A stretch of 52,744 nucleotides of DNA, counting the filler, from Basidioascus undulatus (lineage: Eukaryota), in NCBI GenBank assembly GCA_000826855.1. It is 3 parts of 3 records of this genome, joined end to end, with 100 filler letters (N's around TTAATTAATTAA, not from the genome) between each part and the next. Parts side by side here need not be neighbours in the genome. Positions count along the whole stretch, not along the records: positions 17,646 to 35,189 come from JTLS01000530.1; positions 35,290 to 52,744 come from JTLS01000531.1; 1 more part is not named here. The stretch is one strand, 5' to 3'. Below, one piece after another: positions 23,337 to 36,372 of this stretch (positions are counted from its first letter, which is position 1; each line of letters starts with the position of its first letter). The translations under genes were made by a program, and so were the position numbers. The notes under the pieces are model-generated. The model worked only from the letters and a program-made list of their open reading frames with translations. It searched no databases and was not told the origin of the DNA.

Positions 23337-25787
23337 CTAGCTTTGAACGCCCCTCCGTTCCGCGACGCACGCCCACCCCCAGCTCCTCGCCAAGCCCGGG
23401 TCGATCTGCTCCTCCCCACAGTCCATTAACCACTCCGCCGTTTTCTCCGCCACGCCCTGCTCGCCCGAAGCGCACGCCCACGCGCAGCGCAGGAGCGCGT
23501 CCCACCCGCTATAAGTGGGGCGGAGTGCGAGCGCGCGCGTGTGGGTCGACCATTCCGACGCGGCGAAGGCGGGCGGGCGCAGGTAGGCGGTTAGCGGCGT
23601 GATGGGCAGAACGTGGATGCCATGGATCGCTTCGGGTAAAGGGGAGAACCAGGTCGAGCTAGGGGGTCGTGTCAGCGCTGTGCAGGAAGCTGCGGTGCGA
23701 AACGCGACATACTAGTCCCGCTTCCCCTCAAAGCACATCCCCACCGGATTGCCCCTCCACCGTTCGGGCATAACGCTTTCCCCTCCCTCGCTCGCCTCGC
23801 CCCCCAAAAAGCGATAGCACCTCGTTGACCTCCTCAGAACCTCCAACTGGAGCCTCGCAAGCTCCTCCGCCCTCCCGTCCCCCGCGACCCGCGCAAGGAG
23901 CGCCGCGGCGTAGAAGAAGTGCGCGCCCTCGCTCGTGCTCTCCTCGTCTTTCCCGTCCGCGGAGGGGAACAGCCCGCGCGCCCAGCCATGGCCGACCCAC
24001 CAGTCGAAGGCCCGGAAGGCGGGGTAGAGCGCGGAGGGGGAGGAGATGGGGGAGTTGGTGCTCTGCTGGAGGGGCAGGAGTAGCGGGAGGAGAGAGGGAG
24101 CTAGGGAGGGCCGGAGGGAAAGGAGGAGTGCGCCCGCGTGCAGGGGGTAGGCGTGGTGGAAGTGCCTGGGGGAGGGGAGGGTCAGCGGCGATGCAGGAGC
24201 GGAGGGGAGGGGCGCACGGGTCGTTATAGTATGAGCTGTGGGGGGAAGGATGATCAGCGGCGGTAAGGAGGGGGAAATGGAAAAAAGCACGACCCACGCC
24301 CCAAAGTCCACGTGCGGGTCGCCCGTCCTGTGCGCCGCGCTGCTGCACACCCCTCCAAAAGTCGTGTCATACACAAGCGGCCACGCGCGCTTGCCTTCTC
24401 CCTCCCCTCCCTCCAACATCTCCCTAAGCACCTGCACGGCCCGCCCGATCCCCTCCTCCGCAAGACTTGCATCGCCCAGCACGCGCCCCGCAACCCAACA
24501 CGTCCCGACCATCCTATCCACCAGCTTCCCATAAAAGTAGAACGACTGCTCAGCCCGCGCCTGGGCGAGCCAGTCGGCTTCGAGCTCGCGCTTCACCTGC
24601 GCATGGAGCCAGGCGCGCTCGGGCAATGCGAGGGTGGGGGTGGGCCCGAACGGTAGGGAAGGGAGGGAGGGAGAGGGCTCGTCGAGGAGGAGGGCGTTGA
24701 AGGGGTTGGAGAAGGCGCGGGTGGGCCCGTTGGAAGGGGAGGGAAGCGAGAGGGGGAGTAGGGAGGAGGAGAGGGTGGAAGGGAGGGAGTGGACGTGGTG
24801 TGGGAGGAGGTGCAGCAGCAGGGGCGGGGAGGGGGAGGAGGGGCGGAAGAGGAAGGAGTAGGAAGAGCTGGGGAGAGACACGGGCTGGTTAGTTGGGGAG
24901 GAGGATGAAGATGATATGGAAGACGCACCGTTCTCGCTCAGGAACAGCTTCCGCGCGCAGTTCGACGTCCTCGGCCCACACACCCGCGTGCACATCGTAC
25001 ACCCTTTCCGCCTCCTGCGCCTTCTCTGTGCCCTTGAGGAGCTTCGCAACCTGCACCACGCCACTCCAGTCCTCTCCCACATCCGCAGCGAGCGTCTGCG
25101 CGTCCGTGCGGACCCACCGGACGGGAGGGAACGAGTAGACCAGCCACGACCCTTCGTCGTTGAGGTGCACGCGCTGCTTCGTTCCGTCAGCAGCCGGCAG
25201 GGGCTGGTGGATCGCGAGCTGGGACGCGAGCATCGGGCGCAGGGAGGTGTACACGCCTGTGATGAAGCCTGCGCCCCGGTAGAGCGGGATGCGAAGGTGC
25301 GAGCGGGGGGGTAGCGAGGGGGAGGAGAGGGAGACCGAGGCGGAGAAGAGGGCGGGGCGATAGACGGTGAGGTTCGTGAGAGGGGTGGGGGAAGTGAGGA
25401 TCAGGGAGGCGGTGAAGGGCGTCCAGAAGTATTTCGAGGTCGTTGGGTCGGACTCGTTTGTCGGTGGGCCCCAGACCTGCGTTCCAAACTACATTCAGCG
25501 TGTTCCTCTCGCACTTCTTAAGGCGTTGCACGCACCTTCTGATCCTCCCTCGGGCAACTAACCCCCCACCCCCGCCCATCCCACTTCCCTGCATACGGGA
25601 CGGTGAACACCGGATCGTGCCCCTCGCCGAGGAGGAGGTTGCCCCAGACGGGGTTGTTGGTGGGGATTGGACCCCTGTGGGAGAGGTCGAGCCGTACGGG
25701 GCGACCGAGAGGGTGGGGGAGGGGAGAGAGGTGCGGTGGAAGTGAGGTGGTTGAGTTGGAGGACGGCTGGAGGAGGTCGAGGGGCAT
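23337..25787 (-). CDS. Glycoside hydrolase family 81 endo-1,3(4)-beta-glucanase, no signal peptide
   Basis: PIPTNNPVWGNLLL, LVYDTTFGGVCS, DFGA..YYND.HFH, FRAFDWWVGHGWARGLFPSADGKDEESTSE (catalytic EESTSE) and AIHGIHVLPITP. Exons join in frame through GT-AG introns. Confidence 0.9.
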
Positions 25788-26147
25788 TTGGGGGTGGTGA
25801 GCGTGCAGGGGCAAGGAGCAAGTGCGGCTGTCGGTGCCTGTGAGCTGACACTAAGACGCAGACTACCCTCATTTCTCGCTTTTATGCACGTTCTAAAAGC
25901 AGCTTGTTTATTGTATTCACCATGCAAAGAGTTTCAGAACATGCAGCATGTACTGCAATGCTATTTGACAGTTGATTCAGCATATTCAAACTCGCACTGC
26001 ATTCACCCTGCCGGTATCACGAGCTCGCCATCGCTGGGCGCTCGCACGCTGCGGCTGCACGCGACTGACATCTCACTGCCTTAGTCCCTCTCCGAAGACT
26101 ATACCCATCAGTACGCTCCCCATTCCCCGCCCAACCCAAGCTCTCTC

Positions 26148-27504
26148 ATCGCTGACGAGTCCAACGCAGTGGCCGAAGCGCTCCCCACGCCCGTCTCCCT
26201 CGACGCCGACGCGCTCCCGCCCAAGCCCGTCCCGCCCCCGCCGCTCCATGTCGAGCTCATCGCCGGCTCTGTGGGCGGGGCGGCGCAGGTCATTGTTGGG
26301 CAGTGAGTGTGGGTGCGCTCAGTTGACGGAAGAGGATAGTAGGCTGAGAGCAGGTGGGCAGCCCGCTGGACACTATCAAAGTGAGGGCGCAGACGGCGCC
26401 GCCGGGGATGTTCAAGGGGCCTTGGGACGTGGCAGTCAAGGTGCGCAATACAACTTTGTACTCATATCAGGCAGATCAGGCAGAAGACTGATATGTTGTT
26501 CACAGACCGTCCAAAGAGAGGGCGTCCTCGGCCTGTACAAAGGCCTCCTCTCCCCGCTCCTCGGCATAGCCTCTGTCAACTCCCTCCTCTTCTTCTCCTA
26601 CTCCCTCTCCCGGCGCCTCATCTCCCCCTACGGTTCGGACTCGCTCTCCATCCCGCAGACCGCGCTCGCCGGTGCCCTCGCAGGCGGGGCGCAGTCCATC
26701 CTCGCGAGCCCTGTCGTCCGTCTCCCCTTCCCCCCTTTCCTCTTCCCCCTCCCTCCTCCCCTGCCCCCACTCATTCATCCTCTTTCCCCGCACAGGAGCT
26801 CTTCAAAATCCGGATGCAAGCGCAGTACACGCCCGGCAAGCGCCTTTCGGACGTCGCGCGCGAGGAGTGGGCCGAGCGCGGGCTGAAGCGCGGCGTCTTT
26901 CGCGGGTTCTGGGTCACTGTCGCACGAGAGATCCCCGCGTATGCGGGCTTCTACGCCGCGTTCGAGACGAGCAAGCGCGCGTTTAAGAAGCGGCTGGGGA
27001 CCGAGAGCCTGCCAGTTTGGGCGCTGCTCACGAGCGGAAGCACGGGCGGGATCGCGTATTGGCTTGCTTCGTATCCGTTTGGTAAGCGCACCTCCCTCCC
27101 GAGCAAGAGGATTCTCTCCCTTGCACTGAAGGCTAAGTTTGTGCACAGACGTCGTCAAGTCGCGAGTCCAGCTCGGTGAAATCCCGGCTACAGGCGGCCT
27201 CTCGTACATCCCGCGCACGATCGCACAAATCGCGAACACCGAGGGCACCCGAGCGCTCTTCCGCGGTCTTACCCCCACGCGTACATACCTCTTCCCTCAT
27301 CTTTACGCTCAAGTCGCTCGACTGAACGTTGGCCGTTGCTCGCAGTCATCCGTTCCATACCCGCCGCAGCGTCCACGTTCGTCGCGTTTGAGCTCACTCG
27401 AGGTACGTTTCACAGACCCTCGCTCATTCATGTGATCCTTGGACTGACGAGAATTATTGATGTGATACAAAATGGCAGACTTTTTGATAGACAAGGGACT
27501 GTAA
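26148..27504 (+). CDS. Mitochondrial carrier (carnitine/acylcarnitine or YMC-like); start codon unclear
   Basis: Three carrier repeats with Px[DE]xxK motifs: GHPLDTIKVRAQ, SPV|ELFKIRMQ and YPF|DVVKSRVQ; also REIPAYAGFY. No in-frame ATG before the first repeat; ATC at 26148 is taken as the likely start position. Confidence 0.85.
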
Positions 27505-28108
27505 TGAGACGGCCGTAGCAGACTTGGCGACGAACTCGCGTAGACTTTCCCTGACTTTCAGGTTAATGTCTGAATGTAACATTCATTGATAAACAAGCGT
27601 ATACCCTTTCTTTTTAAATGAACATTCAAAAGATAGACATACTTAGAGTTGCGTTGGTGCTGGATGACTGCCGATGCGGCGGGAAACGCGGCCGCACGCA
27701 AACGCTCTTAGCTCAAGTCCATCTGCAGTCGAGATGGGATTATCTTACTCTTAATATTATTGGCCTTTTAATGAACGAAATGAGGTCGAATCCAGTACTC
27801 GAGATGAAAGCTGTTGTGTTGCCAACAGTCTTCTCGGCTGCCGGAGCTTCTCGCACGCGAGGCCCGCTTGACATCCCCGCTCGCGTCTTCCCTTCTTGCC
27901 CTCCGCCATCTTTCATCTAATCCCGTCTCTCAAACTCTAATCCCCAATACCACGGAACACCCAGACTCTCAACTCTCTTCGCATCATTATAATAATCTCT
28001 CCCGCTGCTCCTCCCCCCGTCCGACCCGCCACCATTACGCTCCCAAAGTCGTGCCTCCCGCTGCCCACGCTCCGGCGCTTGCGTTCGTTCTCCCGCTCTT
28101 CGCCCTCC

Positions 28109-29360
28109 ATGGCCAACGCACACCCGCACCCCGCTACCGGCGCGCCAGATCTGCGGATTCTCGCTAGGGGAGCGATATTCATTGATGTCCTCCTCCGTAC
28201 GTCTTCCCCTTCCTCACCGCCCCCCTCTCATCCTCGCCCCTCATTGCCTTCCCTCCTGCAGACGTCCACTCCTTCCCCCTCGAGGATACGAAGACCCGCG
28301 CGACGTCCACATCGACGAGAAGGGGTGGGAGTGCCGCGAATACGCTGTGCGCCCTCGCCCAGCTCCCGGGAGTCGCGAGCGCGGAGCTCCTCTGCCCGTT
28401 CGGGGAGGGCGACGAGGCGCGGCGGGTGCGGGACGATCTGAGGGACAGGGGAGTAGGGACTGGGCTGTGTCCGGTCGTTCAGGGCGCGGAGGGCGTACCG
28501 GTGTGTTGCCTGATCTCTTTGGGCTACGAAGGGGAACTGAAGCCGGGGTGGGTGCGATGCGTCAAGAAAGCCTACATCATCCTCTCCGAGTCCACCTCCA
28601 GCCGAACAATAATCAACCACAACCCTCTCCCCTTCCCATCTCCCACCGTCATCCGCTCCCTCTTCCCCTCCACCCCCTCTTCCCCGCCCCGCTTCAACTG
28701 GGTGCATTTCGAAGGGCGGGACCCCGACACGCTTCTCCCAACAATGCAGCACCTCTCGCGCACCGCTTCTCAGGGTGGGTACCGCCGGCGCCTGACGCTC
28801 TCGCTCGAGTGCGAGAAGCCCGGGCGCACAGGTCTCGAGGAGTGCCTCCCAGAGGCGGACGTCGTCTTCTTCTCGCGCGAGTGGGCCCAGCACGCAGGGT
28901 TCGAGAACCCGCGCGCGTTCTTGCTCTTCACTGCGCTTAGGGCGAAGCGGGACGCGATCCTGTTCTGCACGTGGGGCAAGGAGGGCGCGGCACTCCTTGC
29001 GCCAGGGTCGAACGACTTCGTGAGGGCGAGCGCGTTCGGGAACGGGGAGGCCGTGGACACCGTCGGGGCGGGGGACGTGTTCATTGCAGGTACGTGCCTC
29101 GCTATTTGATTTCCCTTCCCCTCATCTCTCCTCTCCGCCACCTCACGCCCGCCCCTCTCTCTCAAGGTGCCATCTATGCCCTCTCCCGCCGCCTACGCAG
29201 CGGGCAGCCGCAGCCCGAGGACGACGAGCCTGCCAAAGGCCGCTGGGGGCTCGAGGAGTGCCTGCGCTTCGCGAGCGAGCTGGCGGGGCGCAAGGTCGTG
29301 CGCGAGGGACTGGACGGGCTGGGCGAGGAGATGGGGCAGGCGGGGTATTTTGACGGGTGA
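28109..29360 (+). CDS. PfkB/ribokinase-family sugar kinase (ketohexokinase-like)
   Basis: GAIFIDVLL|HVHSFPLEDTKTRA..RRGGSAANTL, WVHFEGR, LECEKPGR, CTWGKEGA and DTVGAGDVFIAG (PfkB signature 2). Confidence 0.9.
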
Positions 29361-30062
29361 GGGGAGTGGGAAACTGCGGGTTTGGGTCTGCGATGGTTTC
29401 TGGCATGCATGGCGCGCACAAACGAACAGACCGCATAGTCACTCCATCGTTGAAAGCGCCGCGTATCACTGCTTTAATTTCCTACCCTCAATGTTGTGCT
29501 GTGGGCGGTGTTGAGGCGAGCGGAGGAGGACCGTTACATGAGAGTGCTGCCCCCGGCCGGGGACACGTCATCGACACGGAAACCACTCCCGACAACGATT
29601 GAAGCAGTCTGCCGCACCGCGCAGATAAGCGCAGAAGCGCTCAAATTGGCTTGACATTTTCCTGATGCGATATGGGCTCGGGAGAGTGCAAGAGAGCGGG
29701 AAGACGACGCAGCGAGCGCGCGCGGCCGCGCTGAGGCGCTGTGCCTCAACTGGGAAAAATAGATAACGGAAGACTGTTTCTCCCTTTCCATAATGAGTGC
29801 AATGTACAATACGAACGGGACCCCGGGCGACACGCCACACAACGCCTCAAATGTACACATGGTCACTGCGGCCAGCACGTTATCTCGGGTTGCCGCCGCT
29901 CCCGAGCCGATGCTACCCGCGCTGTTGCATGTCAGTCTTCCTCCTTGACACCCTCCATTTCTCTCTCTGACAACAAAGAACTCACCTTTGCATTCAGAAA
30001 AACCGCTAGTCAAGCGAAATACCCACCCCATTCTTGCTGATCTCGCTTCGCATTCCCCCGCA

Positions 30063-32106
30063 ATGAGCACCACCACCCTCTCCCTTGGCCCTCACGGCTC
30101 TCTCTCCGGCCTCTCCGTCTCGCACCAGGTCCACCGCTACCTGAACGTCCCCTACGCGCTCCCGCCGACGGGCGAGCACCGCTGGCGGCGCCCGCGCACG
30201 CTGCCTAAGGACTTCACATTCGGCGAGCGCGACGCGACGCAGTTTGGCAAGATCTGCCCGCAGCCCGTGTACGCAGAGGTGGCCAGGCTGAACGGCGCGG
30301 TGCCGATTACGGACCCGGACGCGTTCGATGAGGACTGTCTCGTCCTCAACATCTGGAAGCCCGCGGGCGAGCCGCCGAAGGACGGGTGGCCCGTCTTTAT
30401 CTGGATTCATGGTACGTCCGCTGTCACGTATGCCCAGCGCTGCGTTTGCTGAAACTGCACTATGGACAGGCGGCTGGCTCCAGGTCGGGAACCCCCTGCA
30501 TGAGCCCTTCGTCGACCCGACCGAGCTCGTGAACGAGCTGCAGATCGTCGTCGTCGCGGTCGGCTACCGCGTGTCCGTGCTCGGCTTCCTCGCCGGCGCG
30601 CCGCTGCGCGAGGAGGCGACCGGCCCGGCGAGCGAGACTGAGCATGGGGCGTTCGGGAACTACGGCCTCTGGGACCAGCGCCTGGCGATCGAGTGGGTGC
30701 ACGAATACATAAAGTACTTTGGTGGCGACGCTGTACGTATTTCCGCATGGCGTACGGCCGTCTTGTACTGACTTGAGTATCTTTCAGGGACGTGTGACTA
30801 TGTGGGTCTGGACGTTTTGGGGCGAAGGCATTTATCTGATAGGGAGGATGTCGTGCAGCGCCGGGCTCAGCGCCGGCGCTTACTCTGTCCACGCCCAGAC
30901 TTTCCACGACTTCTTCCAGGCCACGCCGTCTTCCCCCCCGCTCTTTCACAACCTTATCCAGTCCGTCGTTAACCCTCCTCTCGCTCAACTTCCTCCCAGA
31001 CTTACCTCGTACCCTCGCTTCTCCCAGGTACTCGAACGCGATCCCCACGCAGCCCAAGACCGTCTCGGACGCGCAGCCGCAGTTCGAGGAGCTGCTCTCC
31101 TCACTCGGCATCTCCCTCGACCTCAGCGGTGCAGAGCAGCTCGCGGCGCTGCGCGCGGTACGGGCGAAAGCGCTCGTCGACAAGGTCATGACCCTCAAGA
31201 TGCACACCTTCCGCGCCGTCACCGATGGGGTGTTCATCTCCGAGGGGCTGCGGAAGCGGTACGACGATGGGAGCTTCGCGAAGAGGTTCAAGGAGAGAGG
31301 GATTCGTTTGCTGATCGGTGAGACCCAAAATGAGGTATGCGCAGTCTTCTTTGAATGCAGTTTGGTTGCAAGGCTAACGAGCCTACACCTCGCAGGAAAC
31401 GATATATCGCCAAGTCAGTGAAACGTCCGACTGTCTTCTGCCCTGTCCGGCTGACATGTGGTACTATGCGTTCAGACCAACCCGCCTGCCGATTTCAGCG
31501 ATCTGCACACTGAAATCAGCAACTACTACCCTTCCCACATCGCCGACAAGCTTATCACGCTGTACCGCGATGAGGGCGTGCACCTCTCGACCGCCTTGCC
31601 CGACCCCGATGCGGAGATCTCGGACGTCAAGAAGCTCTTTGGTGACATCGGTGGATCACATTCAGGACCATCCTCTCTTCCACAACTCAATTGAACATCC
31701 CGCTTTTCCCTTCGCAGTGTCCGACGGCCAAGTGCGTGCGCCCGCGCGTCTGCTCCTCTCCGCCCTGCGCGACGGGGGCGTCCCCCTCTCGCGCGTCTGG
31801 CGGTACCGGGTCGACTACCTCCCGACCTTCATCCGCGCTAAGCGCGAGGCGCGCCTGGGTGTTGGGCACGCGTTCGACAATCCGATGTGGAACTACAGTG
31901 TGCGGTACGGGCCGACGGAGGAGGAGGCGGTCCTGATGCGGCAGTGGATCGACATCCTGCGCGGCGTCGTCTGCGGTGGCGACGCGGAGTTCGGAACGGA
32001 GAAGTGGGAGGAGATGAAGGTGCTCACGAAGGAGGGGAAGATCGAGGTGCAGAAGGACACGAAGTGGGACTACCTGCTTAAGGTCGCTGAGCAGATCTTT
32101 GTCTAA
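30063..32106 (+). CDS. Type-B carboxylesterase/lipase (COesterase family)
   Basis: YLNVPYALPP..RWRRP, EDCLVLNIW, WIHG|GWLQVG, GNYGLWDQRLAIEWV, nucleophile GLSAG, NE|E and GVGHAFD. Confidence 0.92.
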
Positions 32107-33208
32107 ATTGCATATCATTCGTCTCGTACGGAAAATAAACAAACTCGTTATCTCTGCACATCTCTATTGCGTTTTCTATTGCGTTGCCGCTGCGACAATC
32201 AGCAAGTTACAACCCTTGCGGCCTTGTTGCGGCCTACGAGCACCGGCAGTTGTGGGACTTTCAAGCGAACTGAACCTGATATTACAATGTCCTCAGGCAT
32301 ACCCTGTAACGAAAAGTCAGGATTTTCCAGAATTGGCATAGGTTTGTTCCAATGGGAGTCAAGCACCCTTGACAAATTAATTACAGCTTGCACTCTATGC
32401 GTGTTTCACCCTTAGACGTGGATCTTGGGCTTGATCGGTAATGTCAGGCAACGGTATACATCCAGATCGTCCAGCAGATTGTGAGTCCCATAGTGGCACC
32501 TAGTTTCGACCAGGTTAAACAGGTGGGGCTGGCCTGACGTTTAGTGGTCACAAAGGAGCGTGCGATCTCGCTCCTAGGCAAAAGTAGATGCATTTCCAGC
32601 CTTTGCAGGTCATTATCGACGCACATATATTGGTGGGCAGACTTACCGATTCCAAGATAGTTTGTCGTTCAAATACCCCCTGGGTCGTCGTTCCTCCGTA
32701 GCGCTGCAGCAGTGCAGCACATTGAACGACTTCTTCGGTCTGCCCACGAAAGGCTGGTGCGGATACAGCCAGATTTGGCTCTATCATGGCAAGACCTGCG
32801 GTCGCTGCATGCGTGGTGCACTTTCCCCCTCTTCCGCTATATAATTTGGCCCCTTCTGTGGTAATTGGATGTTTCACAACAGCGTGCAGTGCGCAGCAAA
32901 CATGTGCCCCCACGAGCGAACGTGAGTGTCTTGTTGCGAGAACAGGGATGAATCCTCTACGACAGACCAGAAGCTGAGACTTGCGTACTGCGGATCCGGT
33001 CGGAATGGTCATCTACATTACGCGCGTGTTGTACCTCTGGATATAACATCACTCACTCCTCGGCGGAACGTTCGGTCTGGTTGTTTGAGTCTGATTCTGC
33101 TTCCCTTTGTCCCGTCCATACTCTCCCATGCTTGCTGCATAGCCAGTGGGTTTATTTCCCAAAAAAACCTTCATCCATTCAAATTCACCTCCCGCCACAC
33201 CGCTTACC

Positions 33209-33900
33209 GTGCCAACGTCCAATGGGATTACCGCGTCGATTGCGATTGGTGTGTCGCAAGGACGGATGCCGCGTTTCGGCAACGCTGACATGCTCCTCTC
33301 CGCCGGCTTTCAGATGGCCAGGCGCTCAAGAAGTACAAGGTTGAGGAGAGGGGCGCTGATATTGTGTGCTACGTGGTTTCTGAATCTGGGAAGGTAAGTC
33401 TGAGGTCGTTGTTCTTTGCCTATGGACTTCTGAGAGTGCAGCGTAAGGACAGTTTGTGGTTCGCTTGAGCGACGCCCGAGATGCTCGCCGCCCCCCTATA
33501 GCGGTCGACCTTCTCACCAAAGGAACTTGCGTGGCATGCTTAGTCCTACCCGGAAATGAGCCACCAATGTGCGTTCTCGAGGGGGAACAGACTTTTGCAA
33601 CGACGATTAGGCTTTTTCTCTTCACCAACCTGGAAACAACGGGTACGCAGCGATATGGTCACTTGACTTAATCTGGAGCAGAAGTTCAAATTGTATGACA
33701 TACAATGATGAGGTGTCGGTAGACGAGGACTTTTTGGAGACGGTCGGCAAGGCTCGCCTTGCTGTCTGCCGCGTCGAAAACGTCGTCGGTTGCACCTCAC
33801 CCGTGCGGTCAGGAGCAGCCCCCAATCAGGATCACGACAGACAAGCCATGGTTCAGCATCAACTTCTTGTATCGCTTGGGAGGTAAATGGTTGAACTTGG
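33209..33900 (+). pseudogene. Uncharacterised fungal family (DUF7918-like) paralog C, disrupted
   Basis: (GTG)PTSNGITASIAI|DGQALKKYKVEERGADIVCYVVSESGK|..IRLFLFTNLETT|DDEVSVDEDFLETVGKARLAVCRV..KPWFSINFLYR. The start reads GTG, the acceptor at about 33704 lacks its G, and there is a frameshift at about 33800. Confidence 0.62.
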
Positions 33901-35189
33901 GTGATTGGCGCGACTTCGCTGAACTCGGTAGCGGTAGAATGGCTGAAAGCCAATGGGATCATGCCACCTGGTAGGCATTCTCCTGTCTCTGTTATCGGTA
34001 TTGCCCTTACATGTTTCTTGAATGCCAGACAAGAAGTCGCCTGAGCACTCGCCTGAAGGGCCCAAGCGGCCCACACCTCTCGCCCGTTTGTCGTCCCCGA
34101 ATGCTCCCCAACGAAAATTTCGAGTTTCATGAAGGGACTGCGTGTGTCCCCATATGCGTTGTGGCTCCGGCAGCGCCTCTCCTTGAAAAAGTTGCCTGAA
34201 CTGCCGAAGTACCAGTCCGACATCGCGCGAACCATGTCCGAAAGTCTCGGACAAGTCGACGTACTCACTATTTACGGCGCTGTGCGAAGGGAAGTCGAAG
34301 GCCGGAAAGGACAACTTCGGCTTGCCGCAAAGCGAGGGATAGGAACAGGCCGGCACGGGACAACGACTGCCAGCACGCTGTCTGAAGGGCCGCTGGCGAT
34401 GAAAGCGATGTGCACACAAGCAACGAGTCACCCACCACCCGACTGCCGGCGAAATATACTGGTATATATAGTCGAGCGGCAATGGTAAGTCGGTGGACTG
34501 GGTTGAGCAGAAGGAGCGGCAGATGGTAAGACAGCGAAAGGCAGGAATGTCGCGCGGCGTCGGGCAGTCTCGGTCCCATAACGCCGTTCAAGAAGCGTAG
34601 AGGTGCAAGCAAATCGAGGTCCGTGGGCAATGCGGACGAGAGACAGGAAGCGACTGGTCTGCGGTTTGGAGGAGACGAGATGAAAACGTTTGAGCGCGGT
34701 GTGAGGGAGATGAATGGAAGATGGGCTGAGCGTCGATATTGAATTTGCGCAGAGATAAAAGGTATATGGCCGTGAGATATCGTCCCCGTCGGGAGGCCAA
34801 CGGTTCAACTGCGAACAAGGCTCAGCGAAAGACTGGCGAGAGCCAGCGATGCGGTTGAGAGGCAAGACGCGATCGAGTTTGTGCGCAGGCGAGTCGCAGC
34901 AAAGGGCTATGAGTGCGGGAGAAGATGCGAGGAACCTTGGCTGTGCACCGACCGCACGACGAGCGCGGTATGAGAAACGGTGGGTCGCAAACGCGGCGGA
35001 AAGGGGCTGGGCGATTGGAAGGTCAATGAGCGGCGCATTGATCTACGGGTTTGATCGAGGGGAGATGATAGGGGCCGCTCGAAAGCCAAGTCCGGCAAGC
35101 GGAGCACAAGTGCGATCCGATCCATGCCTCTCAAGCCTTCCCCTCCCCCCCAACGTAGCCCTTGCCGGTCCGACATGCTGTAGACGCCC

Positions 35190-35289
35190 NNNNNNNNNNN
35201 NNNNNNNNNNNNNNNNNNNNNNNNNNNNNNNNNTTAATTAATTAANNNNNNNNNNNNNNNNNNNNNNNNNNNNNNNNNNNNNNNNNNNN
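35190..35289. other. Assembly gap with artificial all-frame-stop linker TTAATTAATTAA
   Basis: 100-nt N run with the linker in the middle. Confidence 0.98.
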
Positions 35290-35488
35290 CCCCCCCCCCG
35301 GGGAAGTCCGCAGCCTTCAGGTCGCGCAAAAAACGTGGAGCCAATGCCGATGCAGGACATAGGCGACGGTACTCGACCGTGAGCATCTCCTCCTCCTCCC
35401 CAAGCGCCTTCTCCAACACACGATCCAGCCGGTCCATCTCGAGCGTGAGCGTCTTGGTTGGAGGGGCGGGAGCAGCGGGAGGAGACAT
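35290..35488 (-). CDS. 5' fragment of a hypothetical gene running into the gap
   Basis: Open frame MSPPAAPAPPTKTLTLEMDRLDRVLEKALGEEEEMLTVEYRRL... with coding-like composition up to the Ns. Confidence 0.45.
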
Positions 35489-35628
35489 GCAAGTCGTATG
35501 GTTAGCGATGAGGAATAAAGAGTGGTCGAAAAATAAGCGTCGTGATGGAGAGGCGGAGTCGCATGTCCACGCCGCGGGAAAGGCGGGCGGGGCCGAACCC
35601 GCAGCCTGGCGCGCACAGCACCCTCAGG

Positions 35629-36223
35629 TCAAACACCATTGATGACTGCGCCATTCCCCCCCTCCAGCAAGCTCCTGATCAACTCCAGCATGCGCTTCTC
35701 CAGCTCCAGGAGGAGCAGCGGCCCGTTCGGGTCGCCCGCTGCGCCGGCGGACGGGGCGAGGGAGGGGGGCAGGTCGAGCGAGAGGAAGGTTTGGCGGTTC
35801 AGTCGCCGGGCTGTTTGAACAGGTGTGCGTTAGACGGTTGGGGATGGTGAGATGGTATGAAGGGGCGGGGGAATTGCCTAGTCGCTGTGCCATAGGGAGC
35901 GCGATGTCCGAAGCGCCGGTGCGGAACAAGGCCGTCCCAGTCGGGGGGAGGTTCTGTGCGAAGCGGGGATCCTCAGTCCCCTGACAACCCCACCCAAAGA
36001 AAGAGAAACTGATACGCACACCCCTAGAAGGCATCCCCACTGCCCACTCCTTCCCCAAGCGCGTCCCGACCTCGCCGCCCCGCTCACCGGCCCCGACCCA
36101 GACCATGAGCGAGTCGACGAGCGTTGTCAGCTGGAGGTGGAACGTCGGTGCGTTGTTACGCAGGGGAGGGAGGACGTGGGAGGTGGATGCTATTGAGGGC
36201 GCGGTTGATGGAGCAGGGGACAT
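35629..36223 (-). CDS. POC4: Proteasome assembly chaperone 4 (PAC4/PSMG4-like)
   Basis: FHLQLTTLVDSLMVWVG..WAVGMP|..TALF..DIALPMAQRL|ARRLNRQTFLSLDL..LELEKRMLE; two introns; about 150 aa. Confidence 0.75.
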
Positions 36224-36372
36224 GGCTGGGCGGTGATGGTTGTGAGATGAAGGTGCTAGGCGAGGATGAAGACGCGTCGAGGAAGGCGTGGGAGGGTTGA
36301 CGTCGCCCTGGACCGGCGTCAACGCTGCCTGCCTTGTTCTTGAACCATTTCATTCTCGACCACCTTCTCGCC

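Noticed and set aside
23337..32106. GH81, carrier, PfkB kinase and esterase as a metabolic cluster
   Set aside because: No shared pathway is evident, and there is no backbone enzyme or regulator; ordinary gene neighbourhood.
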